DNA of 63,432 nucleotides, filler included, from Dimargaris cristalligena (lineage: Eukaryota), in assembly GCA_003614675.1 (NCBI GenBank). It is 5 parts of 5 records of this genome, joined end to end, with 100 filler letters (N's around TTAATTAATTAA, not from the genome) between each part and the next. Parts side by side here need not be neighbours in the genome. Positions count along the whole stretch, not along the records: positions 50,886 to 63,432 come from ML003038.1; 4 more parts are not named here. One strand, written 5' to 3'. The position numbers were made by a program, and so were the translations under genes. The notes under the pieces are model-generated. The model ran no database searches and had not been told where the DNA came from. It saw only the letters and a program-made list of their open reading frames with translations. How positions within the stretch are numbered: the stretch's first letter is position 1; each line of letters starts with the position of its first letter. Positions 51,884 through 63,432 of this stretch are shown here, piece by piece.

Positions 51884-53570
51884 TCAGAGAAAATATTCAA
51901 CTATCCAACAGCAGTAAGTGATTCCAAGTAGGAGTAATAATGGCAAGTCATATTTCCCTTTAACGACGTCCATGGCCTGGCTGAATAAAGGCCAGTTCTT
52001 CCTATAAATTACACCCACGGCTCTTTTTACCAGCTTGAATGACAGGACATCGGTCCGAACACTGTGGTCCAGGTACTGGTTGGCCTCCAAGGTAATTCCA
52101 AGCATATTATCCGGTACCTGAACTCTCAATTCGCCTTTCTGAGTGAGAGTAAACCAGCAACTACCTAGATAGCGGTACCAACAGTTGGTGAGATCGACAT
52201 TGTAATTATTCGGGCTGACTTGCACTCCCCAGGTATTGGCCAGGAATCAGGCGGCATTGGCCAAGTCTCGGGCAGTGAGGCACTCAATAAACAGCTGCTT
52301 TTGACTTTCCAAAGTATAGCCGGCCTGCTGGTCAGCACCATTGAAGATTTCCACCATAACCAGCAGTTCATTCAGCATCTCCACCCTAGTTGAAACCCCG
52401 TGGATGGCAGCAAGTGCTAGGGAAAGGTAAGTCACACTACCGGCCACATGGCTAATGCAGTGTAGGCCATTCCCCCTGACCTCCGGCGGTACTGGACACA
52501 GAAGAGCCCTGAAGAACTTATCCAACTCATCCGCCTATTCGCAGTAGTGGAGGTACCAGGTTATCATGGGAATGGCCAGCTCAATCGATCCCCCCACTGG
52601 CATACAGCCAGCTGAAGGGCATCCACCAACTTGGGGCTTAGTTGAAGAGTGGTCCCAAAATGGATATCTAAGGTGAATTGTGGTTCATGTAACAGGCTAA
52701 AGTGGGTTGAGGTGGAGCGGTAAATCCGCTTCAAATACACCAAGGTGTCATCATTGGCATAGGGCACTAAAGGGAATAGTTGTCTTAGTTGAGGGGCTGA
52801 TAAGGCAGGAACACTGCCTACTCTCCACATTTCCTTTTGTAAAATTGGAGTGAGCCGATTTGCGCTTATCAGCTTGAAAAATTCAAGAGGCCGGTGGATC
52901 ATGGGGTTCTCACCATCAACAATGGACTCATCCAAGGTGTCTTGGTTTAAAGGGATATCCTGGAATTCACTCAGAAAACTCCCCATTATCTGAGCCCAGG
53001 ACTCGAGGCAGGCTAGTGAATAAAATTCGACCGTAAATTGCAGGATCTGTTGAGCCGAATTCTCCAAGATTCGTTGGTCAAAGGTTTCCACCGCCTTGAA
53101 TGCTATTGAAATACCCTCTAATAATTTGTTTATCTACCAGGTATACTTAGTAATACACAATCCAATGTCCCCCACACACAAACCCCAATAGCACGCCGGT
53201 TAGACAACTGGTAAATACATCTCTACATGATTGGTAGCCTCGATGGACCACAAGGAAGAAATAGGTATAGTGTATTTTCGCCCTAGGGACAGGAATATGA
53301 GTACAATTTGAAAGGAGGTCGAGATAGTGGGGGGAAATAACTGACTCGATTAGTAATAGCAAGATGGCTCTGGAGTGGGTTCCAGTATATATAAGTGGCT
53401 TTTTGGGCAAAATCACCAATGGACAGACGGTCTCCAATGGCTACTCGGAGTTTGTTGGGTAACAGCTGGTCAATGAGGTCTCTTAGCATCTCATTGGTTG
53501 TTTCGGTGGCCCTTTCAAGAGTAGTGAAGGCAAAAAAGACCAGAAGGGCTGAAGAAGTACTTGTTTTCAT
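51884..53570 (-). pseudogene. Disrupted gene for a putative secreted protein of unknown family
   Basis: TATA box at ~53675, signal-peptide-like start MKTSTSSALLVFFAFTTL, then collinear same-strand ORF pieces (53570-53283, 53091-52564, 52525-52247, 52225-51884) broken by stops and frameshifts. Confidence 0.5.
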
Positions 53571-54340
53571 GTTGGTCAAAGGGTCTAACAAAAATGAAAT
53601 AGGGAGGCCATAGGTGTAAACAAGAGCATTACAGAGTGTAAGTTTTTGGCTGAAATTCTGTGCAGGTAATACAGTATTTATATAAAGTAGACCACACCAA
53701 TGGCCATTTACTTAGTAGAGAGAGTGCCTTGGTACAAAAATGTTGGTCCAGCACTGAACATATCAGAAGGAATCACTGGCTTTGGCATTGAATCCAAAAG
53801 CAACTATTATATGATTTATTGAACCACTATCATGTTATAATGAACCTCCAGTATAGATGATAATGGGGGAAAGAGGCCAGCCCCTGTTCCCTTGTGCAGT
53901 CTTCAATGGTTACTCCACCCAAACTACTTCATGAATTCGTAATAGTTGTTTAAGAACAAGCTGTGGTTATATTCATCTTTCCCGTGACCTGCTAAGCCAC
54001 AGTGGTGGCTCCCATGTGGTCCATTTGAACCCCTTAACCACTTGGCTAAGAACACTAGTTTGGGGTATCCCATAGCTACCTAGTTGATTACCACTGGGAA
54101 AATGGGATGAAGACCAACTACTGATAAGCTTACAGTGACAGGCTGCCATTGGGAATGTCAGGTTAAATATGCTACAGTTGACTGTGTTGTTACAGCTTAC
54201 TAAATTATTCAAATATAGAGTATTCTGTTACTTGCCAATATATTTTAAAAATGTGACAGTAGAAGAACTACATTAGGGATATATAGATGTGATATGATAG
54301 TGAGACAAGTAAAAATATCAAACAAATGGCCATAACCACC

Positions 54341-55063
54341 TGTTAGACCATCTAATTCACCTTAAATTGACTGGCTTAGTGTACATCCCTATTAGGCCTT
54401 ATAGTTCTATATTATCCTTCCCATGGTCACCCCTAGTACTATAGGATCACCCTATATCATATAACCCTTCCCCTTCTGGACTCCACCTCTTTACACTAAT
54501 CACTCAAGTACTAGTCCAAAGACTCTTCCAGTTACCAGTAAAATATGGGTAAAGTTCAACTTGGTTGTATAAGGGTTTAACTAATATGTGTATGGGAAAA
54601 TTGGTGAGATGTTTATTTTCAACTAGTAGTACTTGCCTTATCAAATGGATTTTTCATTATACAGCCTTGTTGAACTACACCCATATTCTGGATACTAACA
54701 ACTGTCTGGTTGGCCTATTTACCTATACCTTAGTCTTAGTAGTATCCTTCCCTTAGGACCTCCCTCTGGAGTTATCCCTACATATATATAACTGGGCCCT
54801 ATTAGGACCAGTTAGATTCCTTAGCTTATTCTTACCCCTTAGTTTACCCCCAATAACCTCTATATATACTCACTCCCCCTTATACTAACTAGTAAGTATA
54901 CTTACTACACATCCCTTCTATATACCCACTATAGACTTTATTAGTTACTCCTGTACCTGTACCTAATGCTAGCAGCCTACTTAGCTAAACCTAAGCCCCA
55001 TCTACCATTAGAAGCCTATCCTCAGGACTCTTAATAGACTAAGAGTAGTTAACCCAGGCAACA
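54341..55063 (+). mobile_element. Solo LTR, family A copy 3, with nested MITE
   Basis: TGTTAG...GCAACA. Reverse complement of 11812-12392 over its full length, apart from a ~140-bp insertion. Confidence 0.85.
54546..54683. mobile_element. 138-bp MITE (Tc1/mariner-type TA target)
   Basis: Absent from LTR copy 1. Imperfect ~27-bp TIRs TGGGTAAAGTTCAACTTGGTTGTATAA / TTATACAGCCTTGTTGAACTACACCCA. TA on both sides. Confidence 0.8.
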
Positions 55064-55333
55064 TAATAGACTAGGGGTAATATTAATATCCTGGACCACC
55101 AAAATCCCAAACAGTTATAAGGTATCAGCCACTTTAGTAATCAACCCACACCAGTTGAATTCTTCCCCTATATGGAGATAAGGTTACCCAGTATGATGGA
55201 CACTGGTGGTGGGGGGGACAGCTCCATCTTCAACCCAAGGCTGTCTAGTGATCCACCTGGTATATATTGGGATCCTGTTATTGCAAACATATTAGCAGTT
55301 GATATCAGTCTGCTCTATTAACAGGCTTAAGAG

Positions 55334-55776
55334 TTGGTAGAACTGGATTCTGATTGCCACAGCAGTGAAATACACAAGCCTGTGGGTTCTATTTGGAATG
55401 GCAAGTGCCTGATATTGCATAACAAGAATATGGCATATGCCTGTGACCATTGTGAGCACTCATTTGTGACCCAGAGAGGCCTTGAATGGCATTTAAGGTT
55501 ACACTTAAATATGAAGCCTCACATTTGCGAAGTTTGTGGCAAACTATTTCCAGTGCCCAGTCGTCTCAGAAATCATGTGAACCCACTGGGAAGAAACCCT
55601 ACACCTGCGATAATTGCAAGAGTACATTTTTAACAGCTTGTGATCTCAAAATACACACATGAACGCATACCGGAGAGAGACCTTATACCTGCGAGTATTG
55701 CAGAAGGGGGTTTGCAACATCCAGCAATCTCACTAAGCATATTCGGAAATACCATAAAGAAACTACCAATGTATGA
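55334..55776 (+). pseudogene. C2H2 (Kruppel-type) zinc-finger gene remnant, about 4 fingers
   Basis: YACDHCEHSF...HLRLH, KPHICEVCGKLF...RNH, then after frameshifts TGKKPYTCDNCKSTF* and [29 protein letters not shown]. Confidence 0.85.
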
Positions 55777-58048
55777 ATATTGTAGTCATTCATATGTGAA
55801 CCATAACACCTTTAACTGTTATTTAAAAACATTACTTTACCGAAATACTCTAAATATTTGGAATTGAAAGAAGTCCATACATGTGCTGCGCCCATCCTAT
55901 ACAGCATCGCTAATAAAAGCCGACAAATATGATATTGAAGCTATGGTTGTCCCAATAGAAGTTTAAGGCCAGTGGTAGGCGCACCATCAATAAAAAATTG
56001 AAATAGGGGATGCATCCAGTGTCTGTGAATAATGCGGCTTGTCGAGAATTCTCTATATTGGCTGTGATATAAGCCTTTGTAGATAAGCATGCACCTGATT
56101 TTGTAGTGCTGGGTGGCCCCACATTTGACGTGCTAGGCTAGGGGAGATGCAAGGTCGGCTTGATGCCCACCTCAGGCTGCTTCAACACCGCGATGGAGGG
56201 ACCCAACTTAAAAGGATTCGGTATGTTCAGGGGCGCGGATTGGGCGGTCTTGGGGGCACTGAAACTCACAGTAGACGTTGGATATAAACGCAAGAAACAA
56301 GGCAATTGAATTTCCGAAGTGCTTAAAACAATACTAGCGAAAATAATAGGGATTTATTAAAAATGAATGATTGCTTCGAATAGAGAATGTGAACTTTATT
56401 TTGTAGATGATATTTTTTTATTGAATTCGCAGGATTCCTTCGTTTTTAGTATGCAAATTCGAACAGTATGGAAGATGCTAGCTACGTTGCAATAGTGGAT
56501 ATAAACGAAATGGTAAGAAGCTATAATGATTGATTTCATTGGCAATTCATCAACGATATAAAAATTGAAAAATTATTGATCCCAGTGGTGATAGATAATC
56601 CGCCACAATAGACGTTGATATGATAAAACTGCGCTAAGTATACCACTGGTAAATAACTGCCAAAAATACGGAAATGGTATTTCTTCTATTTCGCGGCATG
56701 AGGTAGCCATTCCATATTTTTAATGATCAAACAGCCATTATCGCCTTTATAGCTGACCATATCCCCCCAGGTCCTACCATCGAATCCGGGCAGCCTTTCC
56801 CTCATAAACATTCCGATTACTCGGCTGGCTCTTTGAGTATTTCCCCTATAATGAAGCTTTATTCACTATAACTTGACAATACATCTCCGACATAAAAGCA
56901 CCCTGTAACTCAAGATGCAATTTGTGAATACAACAATCCCCACCACGTCTACTATCGAATCGAACTATTTCCACTGGCAGCCGAATTCGCCAACAAGTAG
57001 GAGGGTTTATTGTGCTGTATATCAATAATACTAAGTCTAAAATCGAGTTACCAAGGGCACCATCGCATTAGCGACCGGTATTCCATATACAAGATGACAT
57101 ATGGTATCGACAACCCTTTAATATAAAAGTAGCTGCCGTGTCCGTGGTACAGCATCTATTGATGGCGTGAAAAGACATTTAAGAAAAGCCGAAAATATCA
57201 CTCAAGGGTACCTCGGATTATAATGTAAATTTATCTTTAACTTACTATAGTAAAAAATAATAATAAAAAGAGTAAACGTGAACTTGTAATTGGAATTGGA
57301 GTTGAATATCTGAGAGGTGAGTAAATGGAACGTCGTCTCTATTATTCGGGGAAACATGTCGTCCGAAAGGCGAGGTATCGGGAGTTCCAATACGCCCCCA
57401 TATGCCAGGCGTGAAGTGTGACATGTAACCAATTCCAGAGGTACCAACAAATGATTAAAGATTAAAGAACAAAAAACTAGGAACTTGATGTAACTAAATA
57501 GATTGAATACGCCTAACGAGATCACCCAAAATACGTTTGTCATAATGCCCCAACTGGCCTGGAAATTTAAAATGCAAAGAAGGCAGTCTCCATCTAAGTT
57601 GACAAAAATGAATAGGTTAAAAATCCACCAGAAGGAGTACCATTTCAACGAAGGCATCGACTACACACACACCCGCGCACGCATACGGCCAAATTCATCT
57701 CAGCCAAAGTCAACATGTGGTTGGTAAACCACGATACTAGTTGGTGCGCCAAAAACAAGATAAATGGGATAGAGGGATAATATAGGATAAAGATCAACCA
57801 GGTAATGGTTGCCGATTGGACGGGGAGTTGCTTCTCTTTATTGTCCAGAGGCCAACTAAATATGCCTCGCTGATTATAAAAGGGAAATTTAGCTAGTGAA
57901 GGAAGAAGTAATAGGCACTCTCAATATTGAAGGTTAGGCGAGAGAAATGCCTTCACCCCCCATATAGTTAGCCTAGTTGTCTTCGGTGGCAGTGAACACA
58001 AGTAACGAAGACGCATCTCAATTCCCAAAAGGGGGAATGCCGCGGAAC

Positions 58049-61000
58049 TTAGTTTGGTCGACCACCGGACGGGCGGGGCCGGGGGCGAGGCGGCCCTCCG
58101 TTATGATGGCCGGGGTTACGCCAGCCGGGGTGGCGATGCGGGGCTGTACCGTTCGAGTATACCAATATATATCAAGGGAAATACATTTTTTTAAAAAACT
58201 CCCGAATTAAATCATGATCAAGTTGAACGCCAAGGTCCCTCATATAGCGATGTCTGCCGTGTAATAACACTGACAATCAATAGAAAATAGCAACTTACCA
58301 TGTGGACGATTGAACTGAGGTCTGCCGGGTGGAGCCATCGGGCGGTATGAGTGACCACCATTATGAGGTAGATTTGCGCCACCGGGGTAAGGATTCCGAT
58401 TAAACGAACCATTGTTATGAGTCGGTTGTTGCGAGTGGAGATGGTGCTGGTGGTGGGGATACGGCCGGGGTCGAGGTCTACCCCCGGCATTTTGGTTCTG
58501 GGGGTAGTAAGGGCCGGAGCGCGCTGAGGGATGCTGATTTGAAGGGTGGGGCCGTTGGGGGTGTCTCGGGAAATCTGAACGGGGACGGCCGGGAGCGTTA
58601 CCGGTATGGACGTGATTTTGGCCATAGCCCACTAGGACAGGGGGCCGATTCCCCTCGGTTCCAGGGTACTGGTTGAAACGTCCCTCCCTATTAGGTTGAG
58701 GATAAGGGCGATAGCGGGTCGGGTGGAGATTTTCATAGGTGGGTCGTCTACATTTGTATTGAAATCCCGAGGGTTGGGAGTGGTATTGGGCCCAGTTCTC
58801 GGAATGTGAGCCGGAAGTATCATTGCTGACCTGATAAAGGGGGTCCTTCCTACCCCATATGACATAGCGCTGGTTACATACCAAGTCGCGAATGAAGTTA
58901 GGTAAGGTTTTGGGGGGTAGGTTGACTTTGGGATGCAGATGCAGTAAAGGCGTGCTACCCTCTGGTTGTTTCGGTAGACGAAAAATGGCGCTGATGGACT
59001 TATCATTGGGAATATCGGATTTCTCGGTTTCCGGTCCAAAGGGTGAGTAGAACGTGGTTTCGGGAACGAAATCCTCGTCCCGTTGGACGACTCCCGACAA
59101 AGGCATCGAGGTAACAGGCTCAATGGCCAGGGAGGCATTTTGATCGTCAGCGGGGCGGCTGTATAAATCATAGAGGGCCGAATGGAGGGCATTTTGGGGG
59201 CCCACCAACAGGCGGGGCTCATTAAGGGAATTGCGGATTTTCTCGTCATCGGAGAGAGTGTCTTCGAGCGGCTTCATGGCTTCGAGCAGTCGCTTCTCGT
59301 CGATGAAAGGGAGCAGAGCCACTGCCTTCCATATTTTAGACTTGCCGTTCATATCCAGTTTGAAATCTAGGGGATAAAAGTCCAAAATGGGGGATTTGGG
59401 ATCGACCATTAAATTAGCAAAGGCCGGGGGGAGACAGGACCGACTGGCGGCAGGGAAGACCCCCATCAGTTGCTCCATGGGCTTGAAGGGACGACCGATA
59501 TCAAATTGGATGTCCATCTTGGCGATGTCTTTGAAGTCCGACGCGAACGGGGCGTAGTGGTAGGGAAAGTACCAGGTCCATGACGGGCAGCCGCTGTAGT
59601 AGTAGCGTAGAACCCAGCATAGGCCCTCAATGTAAGATTTGGTGATTTGGGCAACGAAGGCGGGCAGATCGTCTCCTTCGACGCCGAATTTGACCCGGTA
59701 GTAACGTTCACGGTAGCCCGGCTCGTGAAGCTGGGCATTATCCAGCTCCGCTAGTTTCCGCTCCACTTCGGCATTGGGGTCGAACGCCGTTTTCTTCTGA
59801 GCGGGCATAGCGGAGTGCGCCGGTGCGGAGGGGTCGTTAGCAGAGGCTGGAGTAGGGAGGTCCGCTTCGGTAGCGGGAGCGGGAATAGGGAGGTCACCTG
59901 ACTCGGGGTTAGGAACGGGAGACTCGGCTTCGAGTTCAGCCGCCTTCCGTTTCAAGTCATTAGGGGGGACATCCTCGGGGCCAGTTTCGGAATTGGCACC
60001 CAACGCGTGCTGGAGGGAGGCCCTGAGAGTCTGGGCGGCGGATTTATTATCCAAAGGGCGCGGTTGCTTGGTCGGCGGGGCTTGTGGGCCTTCGGCAGCC
60101 TTTGCGGAATCGGTTTGGCCCGCGGCATCTTTTAGCTTTTTGGTGACTTTGGCTATTCTAGTAGCCTTTTCCCTGTCATCATCCCTCAACGAACGTTGTA
60201 GTTTTTTCTTGGCTTCCTGATACATCCTCACCAGCACGGCCTGTTCGGTAGAAGCGATGTGATTCAGGATTTCCTGGACGAACTCTAAGTTGACTTGACT
60301 CCCGCGGGTCATGAAGGTGCCCCGCCTGGCGAAAATATCTTGCCAGATATCCACTAGATCTTCCAAAGTACCCTGTTGGATATCAAGGCCGGGCAAATGG
60401 GGCAGGAAATCGTTACCGACGAAGAAACAGAGGAAGATCCAATCATCGATGGCGGACTCGAGTTCGAACTTGGGCAGGGGTATTTTGCTACAGCTGAGCT
60501 CGATATTGAGGTACTCCCGCAGAACGTCGATCTTTAGTAGGCAGAAGCCAGCGTCGGTGGCTTCCCGGCGGGATTTCACCAGACCGGTCTCGTCTGCGGC
60601 ATCCTCGCCGTCATTGGGGGGTTGTTTAGAAGCCTGCCACTTGTTCATGGTTTTTTCGCGCAAAATAGTGAAATGCGGCTCGTGGGTGGCCAAGGCCAGC
60701 ATGATTAAATCAGCGTCGAGCCCGTGGAGCACATGATAGGTGTCGGGATTGTAGTCTGGCGAGGCGCGCTGGCTCCGGATAAAGTCCATAATTTTGTGTT
60801 CGCCCTCTCCGGGCACGGTAGCGTCGGTGATGATGACCTGAAGGCCCGCCCAGGCCGGGTCGGAGTTCATGCGCTCGGCCACGTAGTAGCGCAGCGCAGC
60901 GGCTAGGCGGGCCATGAAGGGAGTACCGGGGGTAATGACGTTGGAGTCGAATTTATCGCCCGATTCCACCAGGGGGGGCAGACCCAGCTCGCGGCTTAGT

Positions 61001-61580
61001 TCTTCTTTTTCAGCGGCGAATTCGGCGCTTTCTTGGGCGGAGCGGAAACGACGGGAGCGCTGCTGATTCATTTTAGCACGCGGCGCGACACCGTCGATGG
61101 CCATGTAGAGAATTTTACGAGGCCGGATCATGGAAAAGACACGGTCGATGTAGCTGAAGATGTCGAGAATCATGAGTTCCTCCGTGGCGGGCGCGGGCTG
61201 GATGGTGGGAAGGTCCATGTGCATATATACATATATAGAAAAAGACAGACCGACATGGGGTTAGCAATTTGATGCGGTGGATGGTACAGAAAAAGGCACA
61301 CATGGCCTAGCGGAGGGAATGCCGGGGGGCCTTATAGACGAGGATATGCTGTATGCATGTAGTCGGGGTTGCTTACCTTATTCTCAGGGTGACAGCATGG
61401 GTGAATAATGCCGTTCATGTCGAGGTATAGATTGTCGCAGTGGCGGCCGGTCAGGGGCGGCTGGGTTAGGTCGACGGGGACTTCGACACCGTTGAGTTTC
61501 CAAGACCCTTCCTCTGGAACGTCCATGAGGATCTTGGGGAATTTGCGGCTCAGCCACAGGAAAAAGGACGGAACACCCAT
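58049..61580 (-). CDS. RAT1: 5'-3' exoribonuclease Rat1/Xrn2. Exons 61580-61377, 61197-58299, 58143-58049
   Basis: MGVPSFF.WL, DNLYLDMNGIIHPC, AIDGVAPRAKMNQQRSRRFR, FDSNVITPGT, PGEGEHKI, GLDADLIML, GNDFLPH, WYFPYHYAP, LLPFIDE. Size ~1060 aa without an Xrn1-type extension. Last exon inferred from GTAAGT...CAG. Confidence 0.93.
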
Positions 61581-61867
61581 GGCGACGGTTTTGGGATTAA
61601 CTTAGCACAGCCAGCGGGGTGACTTGGAGCAGAATGGAGCACAGTACGAGATAGAGCGGAATGTAATAAACTAGAGCACAAAAGTGCAGCGAAAGGTAAC
61701 TTTATATTAACCGACCAAAGGTGAAGGCTAAATAAAGGGGAAGAGAAAGAACAGACTAGCCCTCGCTTCCATGTTAATCTCATAAGCCTTAGATCACACG
61801 CCTAGTGGTATTTTCCTCATTCCAACAAGAGAAAAAAAGAGAACAGGTATATAGTAGATATAGAAAT

Positions 61868-61891
61868 TATTGGTATTGGTATTGGTATTGG
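61868..61891 (-). promoter_or_regulatory. Four tandem CCAATA units (CCAAT-box-like) upstream of RAT1
   Basis: (TATTGG)4 on the plus strand. Confidence 0.4.
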
Positions 61892-62036
61892 AAAAAAGGC
61901 CTAGATAGGTTTTAGAGTGAAACCCCTCCTCGATTTTGGTTGGTCAAATCGACACGCACAATGCCCAGCATTAAATGCCTATTGATGATGGTACTTAAGA
62001 GAAACGAAATCCCCGACTGGAAGCAAGCGAAGCTAT

Positions 62037-62112
62037 TCCGATGAACGAACCAAGCCACTCCGATAAACGAACCAAGCCACCCCGATAAACGACCCTAGAA
62101 ATCCCGATAAAT
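62037..62112. repeat. ~22-bp tandem repeat x3.5 with core CCGATRAA in the divergent promoter
   Basis: TCCGATGAACGAACCAAGCCAC / TCCGATAAACGAACCAAGCCAC / CCCGATAAACGACCCTAGAAAT / CCCGATAAAT. Confidence 0.85.
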
Positions 62113-62630
62113 AACTACAGCCAGATATGCCTCTATAAATCCCCAATCCTTCGGTGCGCTGATCCTGCCGGTTATGAAAAGATGCGCGCTAAAACTAAAA
62201 GCCATTGGCATGGAGATGTGACTCCATAATACAATAATACCCTTCCTCCCTAGTCCTAAAATGGCCTATTGTCCACCTAACCAAACCCATTACTTCATCA
62301 GTAATTATTAAAGGGCACCGAGCAATGCCCCTTGGCTGTAATTGTTAAGCAATGGACGGCCACAATCGGCCTTGGGAAGTCAACCCGCACGAAGCATTGT
62401 TCTGCTCAGGTACGCTGCTGAGTTAACTAACCCTATTATATCCATCAACAATATATATATATATGATGCCTCTGCCTCAGCCCTACTATCCCGCTCGATT
62501 ACGTAGCCACGCCACCACTAGCAGCATCGTCTATATTATCCCCTCACGGGCCCTCTCTCAAACCCTATCCGTCCTTTTCCCTTTTCCCTTTTCCCCAACC
62601 CTCTCGCTTCCCCATACAACCCACTTGACC

Positions 62631-63432
62631 ATGCCAAGAACCCTGGAATTGGGGTCCATCAGCAACTTCAACCAGAACCTCGACGACGAGGTGTTTGAAA
62701 TTGCCGACTATACCACTGCCTCCAGCTGGGAAAAGTGCATCGCCTCCGTCGAAGAGGTCCTGCGCTCGTGGGGCCTAGCCAGGGGCCAATACGGCGTCTT
62801 CAGCGACGACGCCCTCCGGTCCCTCGACTCGCCCGCCTTCGACGGCCCGTACCTCCGCGATGCTCTCATCCATCTCAACGAGTCCCGCGCCTTCTGTCTA
62901 ACCTATTCGTGTCACCCCCGGGTGGCTACCCGTGCCCGTGCCTCGGGTCCCACCACGCCCCCTTCGTCCGCCGGCCCCGGGTCTTTTTCGGCCTTCTTGC
63001 CCACTGTCGCCCCGGCTCCCTGTGACCCGGTGTTCTACCCCTTGGCGCCCACCAGTGCCACCTACGAACCCCAACGCCATCTCTATGCCCAACCCCTAAC
63101 CACACAGTACCACCCGCTACACCGGTGGTCCGGTGAAGGCCGGCTGCTGGTGCTCAGCTCTGTGGCCGTGGACCGAGGCCGCTCCAATGCCGCTGCCGCC
63201 ACCCAGTCTAAACTCATCCTCTCATCGCTGGCCGTAGCCCTCCAGAATGTGCACTGCACCCTGCCGGCATACGTTCCCGTCAATGACCTAGGCGAGCCCC
63301 CTTCGGCCCAGTCGTACATTGGGTACCGCCTGGGCTGGCCTTCCATCACCCACGCTGCTCCCGCGTGCTTACTGGAAACCGAAACCCGCTACCACACTCT
63401 GGCCCTGCCCTCCACCCCCCACATTTACGCCA
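62631..63432 (+). CDS. RAB3GAP1: Rab3 GTPase-activating protein catalytic subunit, 5' part (runs off the window)
   Basis: DEVFEIADYTTASSWEKCIASVEEVLRSW matches the RAB3GAP1 N-terminal FEI.DFTTAS.WE motif. Also HPLHRWSG and LSSLAVALQNVHCTLPAYVPV. Frame is open to the window end. Confidence 0.85.
   Translation, partial: MPRTLELGSISNFNQNLDDEVFEIADYTTASSWEKCIASVEEVLRSWGLARGQYGVFSDDALRSLDSPAFDGPYLRDALIHLNESRAFCLTYSCHPRVATRARASGPTTPPSSAGPGSFSAFLPTVAPAPCDPVFYPLAPTSATYEPQRHLYAQPLTTQYHPLHRWSGEGRLLVLSSVAVDRGRSNAAAATQSKLILSSLAVALQNVHCTLPAYVPVNDLGEPPSAQSYIGYRLGWPSITHAAPACLLETETRYHTLALPSTPHIYA

Noticed and set aside
54325-54341. GGTGGTTATGGCC next to LTR copy 3, resembling a copia-type primer-binding site
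   Set aside because: It lies on the wrong side for the inferred LTR orientation, matches imperfectly, and no gag/pol follows.
56340-56360. 17-bp reverse match (AATAAATCCCTATTATT) to the LINE 3' end near 18010
   Set aside because: Short, AT-rich and does not extend. Could be chance.
62037-62112. Short repeat array considered as CRISPR-like
   Set aside because: Eukaryotic context, contiguous 22-bp units without unique spacers, and no cas genes.
1257-63432. A functional gene cluster (e.g. HRI + IF1 stress module or biosynthetic cluster)
   Set aside because: The genes are unrelated housekeeping functions, widely spaced, with no backbone enzyme or shared motif seen.

Overview
Eukaryotic, intron-containing DNA from an early-diverging fungus (inferred from GT-AG introns with CTAAC-type branch points, RAB3GAP1, HRI- and STK32-type genes, and a zygomycete-style LINE ORF1). 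Four 100-nt scaffold gaps carry a TTAATTAATTAA linker. Recognisable genes: a dispersed 5S rRNA, SAGA subunit Spt7 (apparent frameshift in a G9 run), a Spo73/Mug65-like DysF protein, an omega-amidase (Nit2/Nit3), an SLC35F6-like transporter, an HRI-like eIF2-alpha kinase, a STK32/YANK kinase, the mitochondrial ATPase inhibitor IF1, Rat1/Xrn2, and the 5' part of RAB3GAP1. Between them lie a dead full-length LINE, three solo LTRs of one family (one with a nested TA-flanked MITE), a long inverted repeat and two pseudogenes. Two things stand out. First, a frame missing from the ORF track encodes twelve (GGD/GGN)5 blocks joined by alternating 6-aa linkers, a candidate polyglycine-II bundle protein. 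Second, repeats show strong CpG hypermutation, including CpG->TpA and some CpA->TpA changes, suggesting a RIP-like or methylation-driven genome defence. Exon boundaries and counts were worked out by hand.
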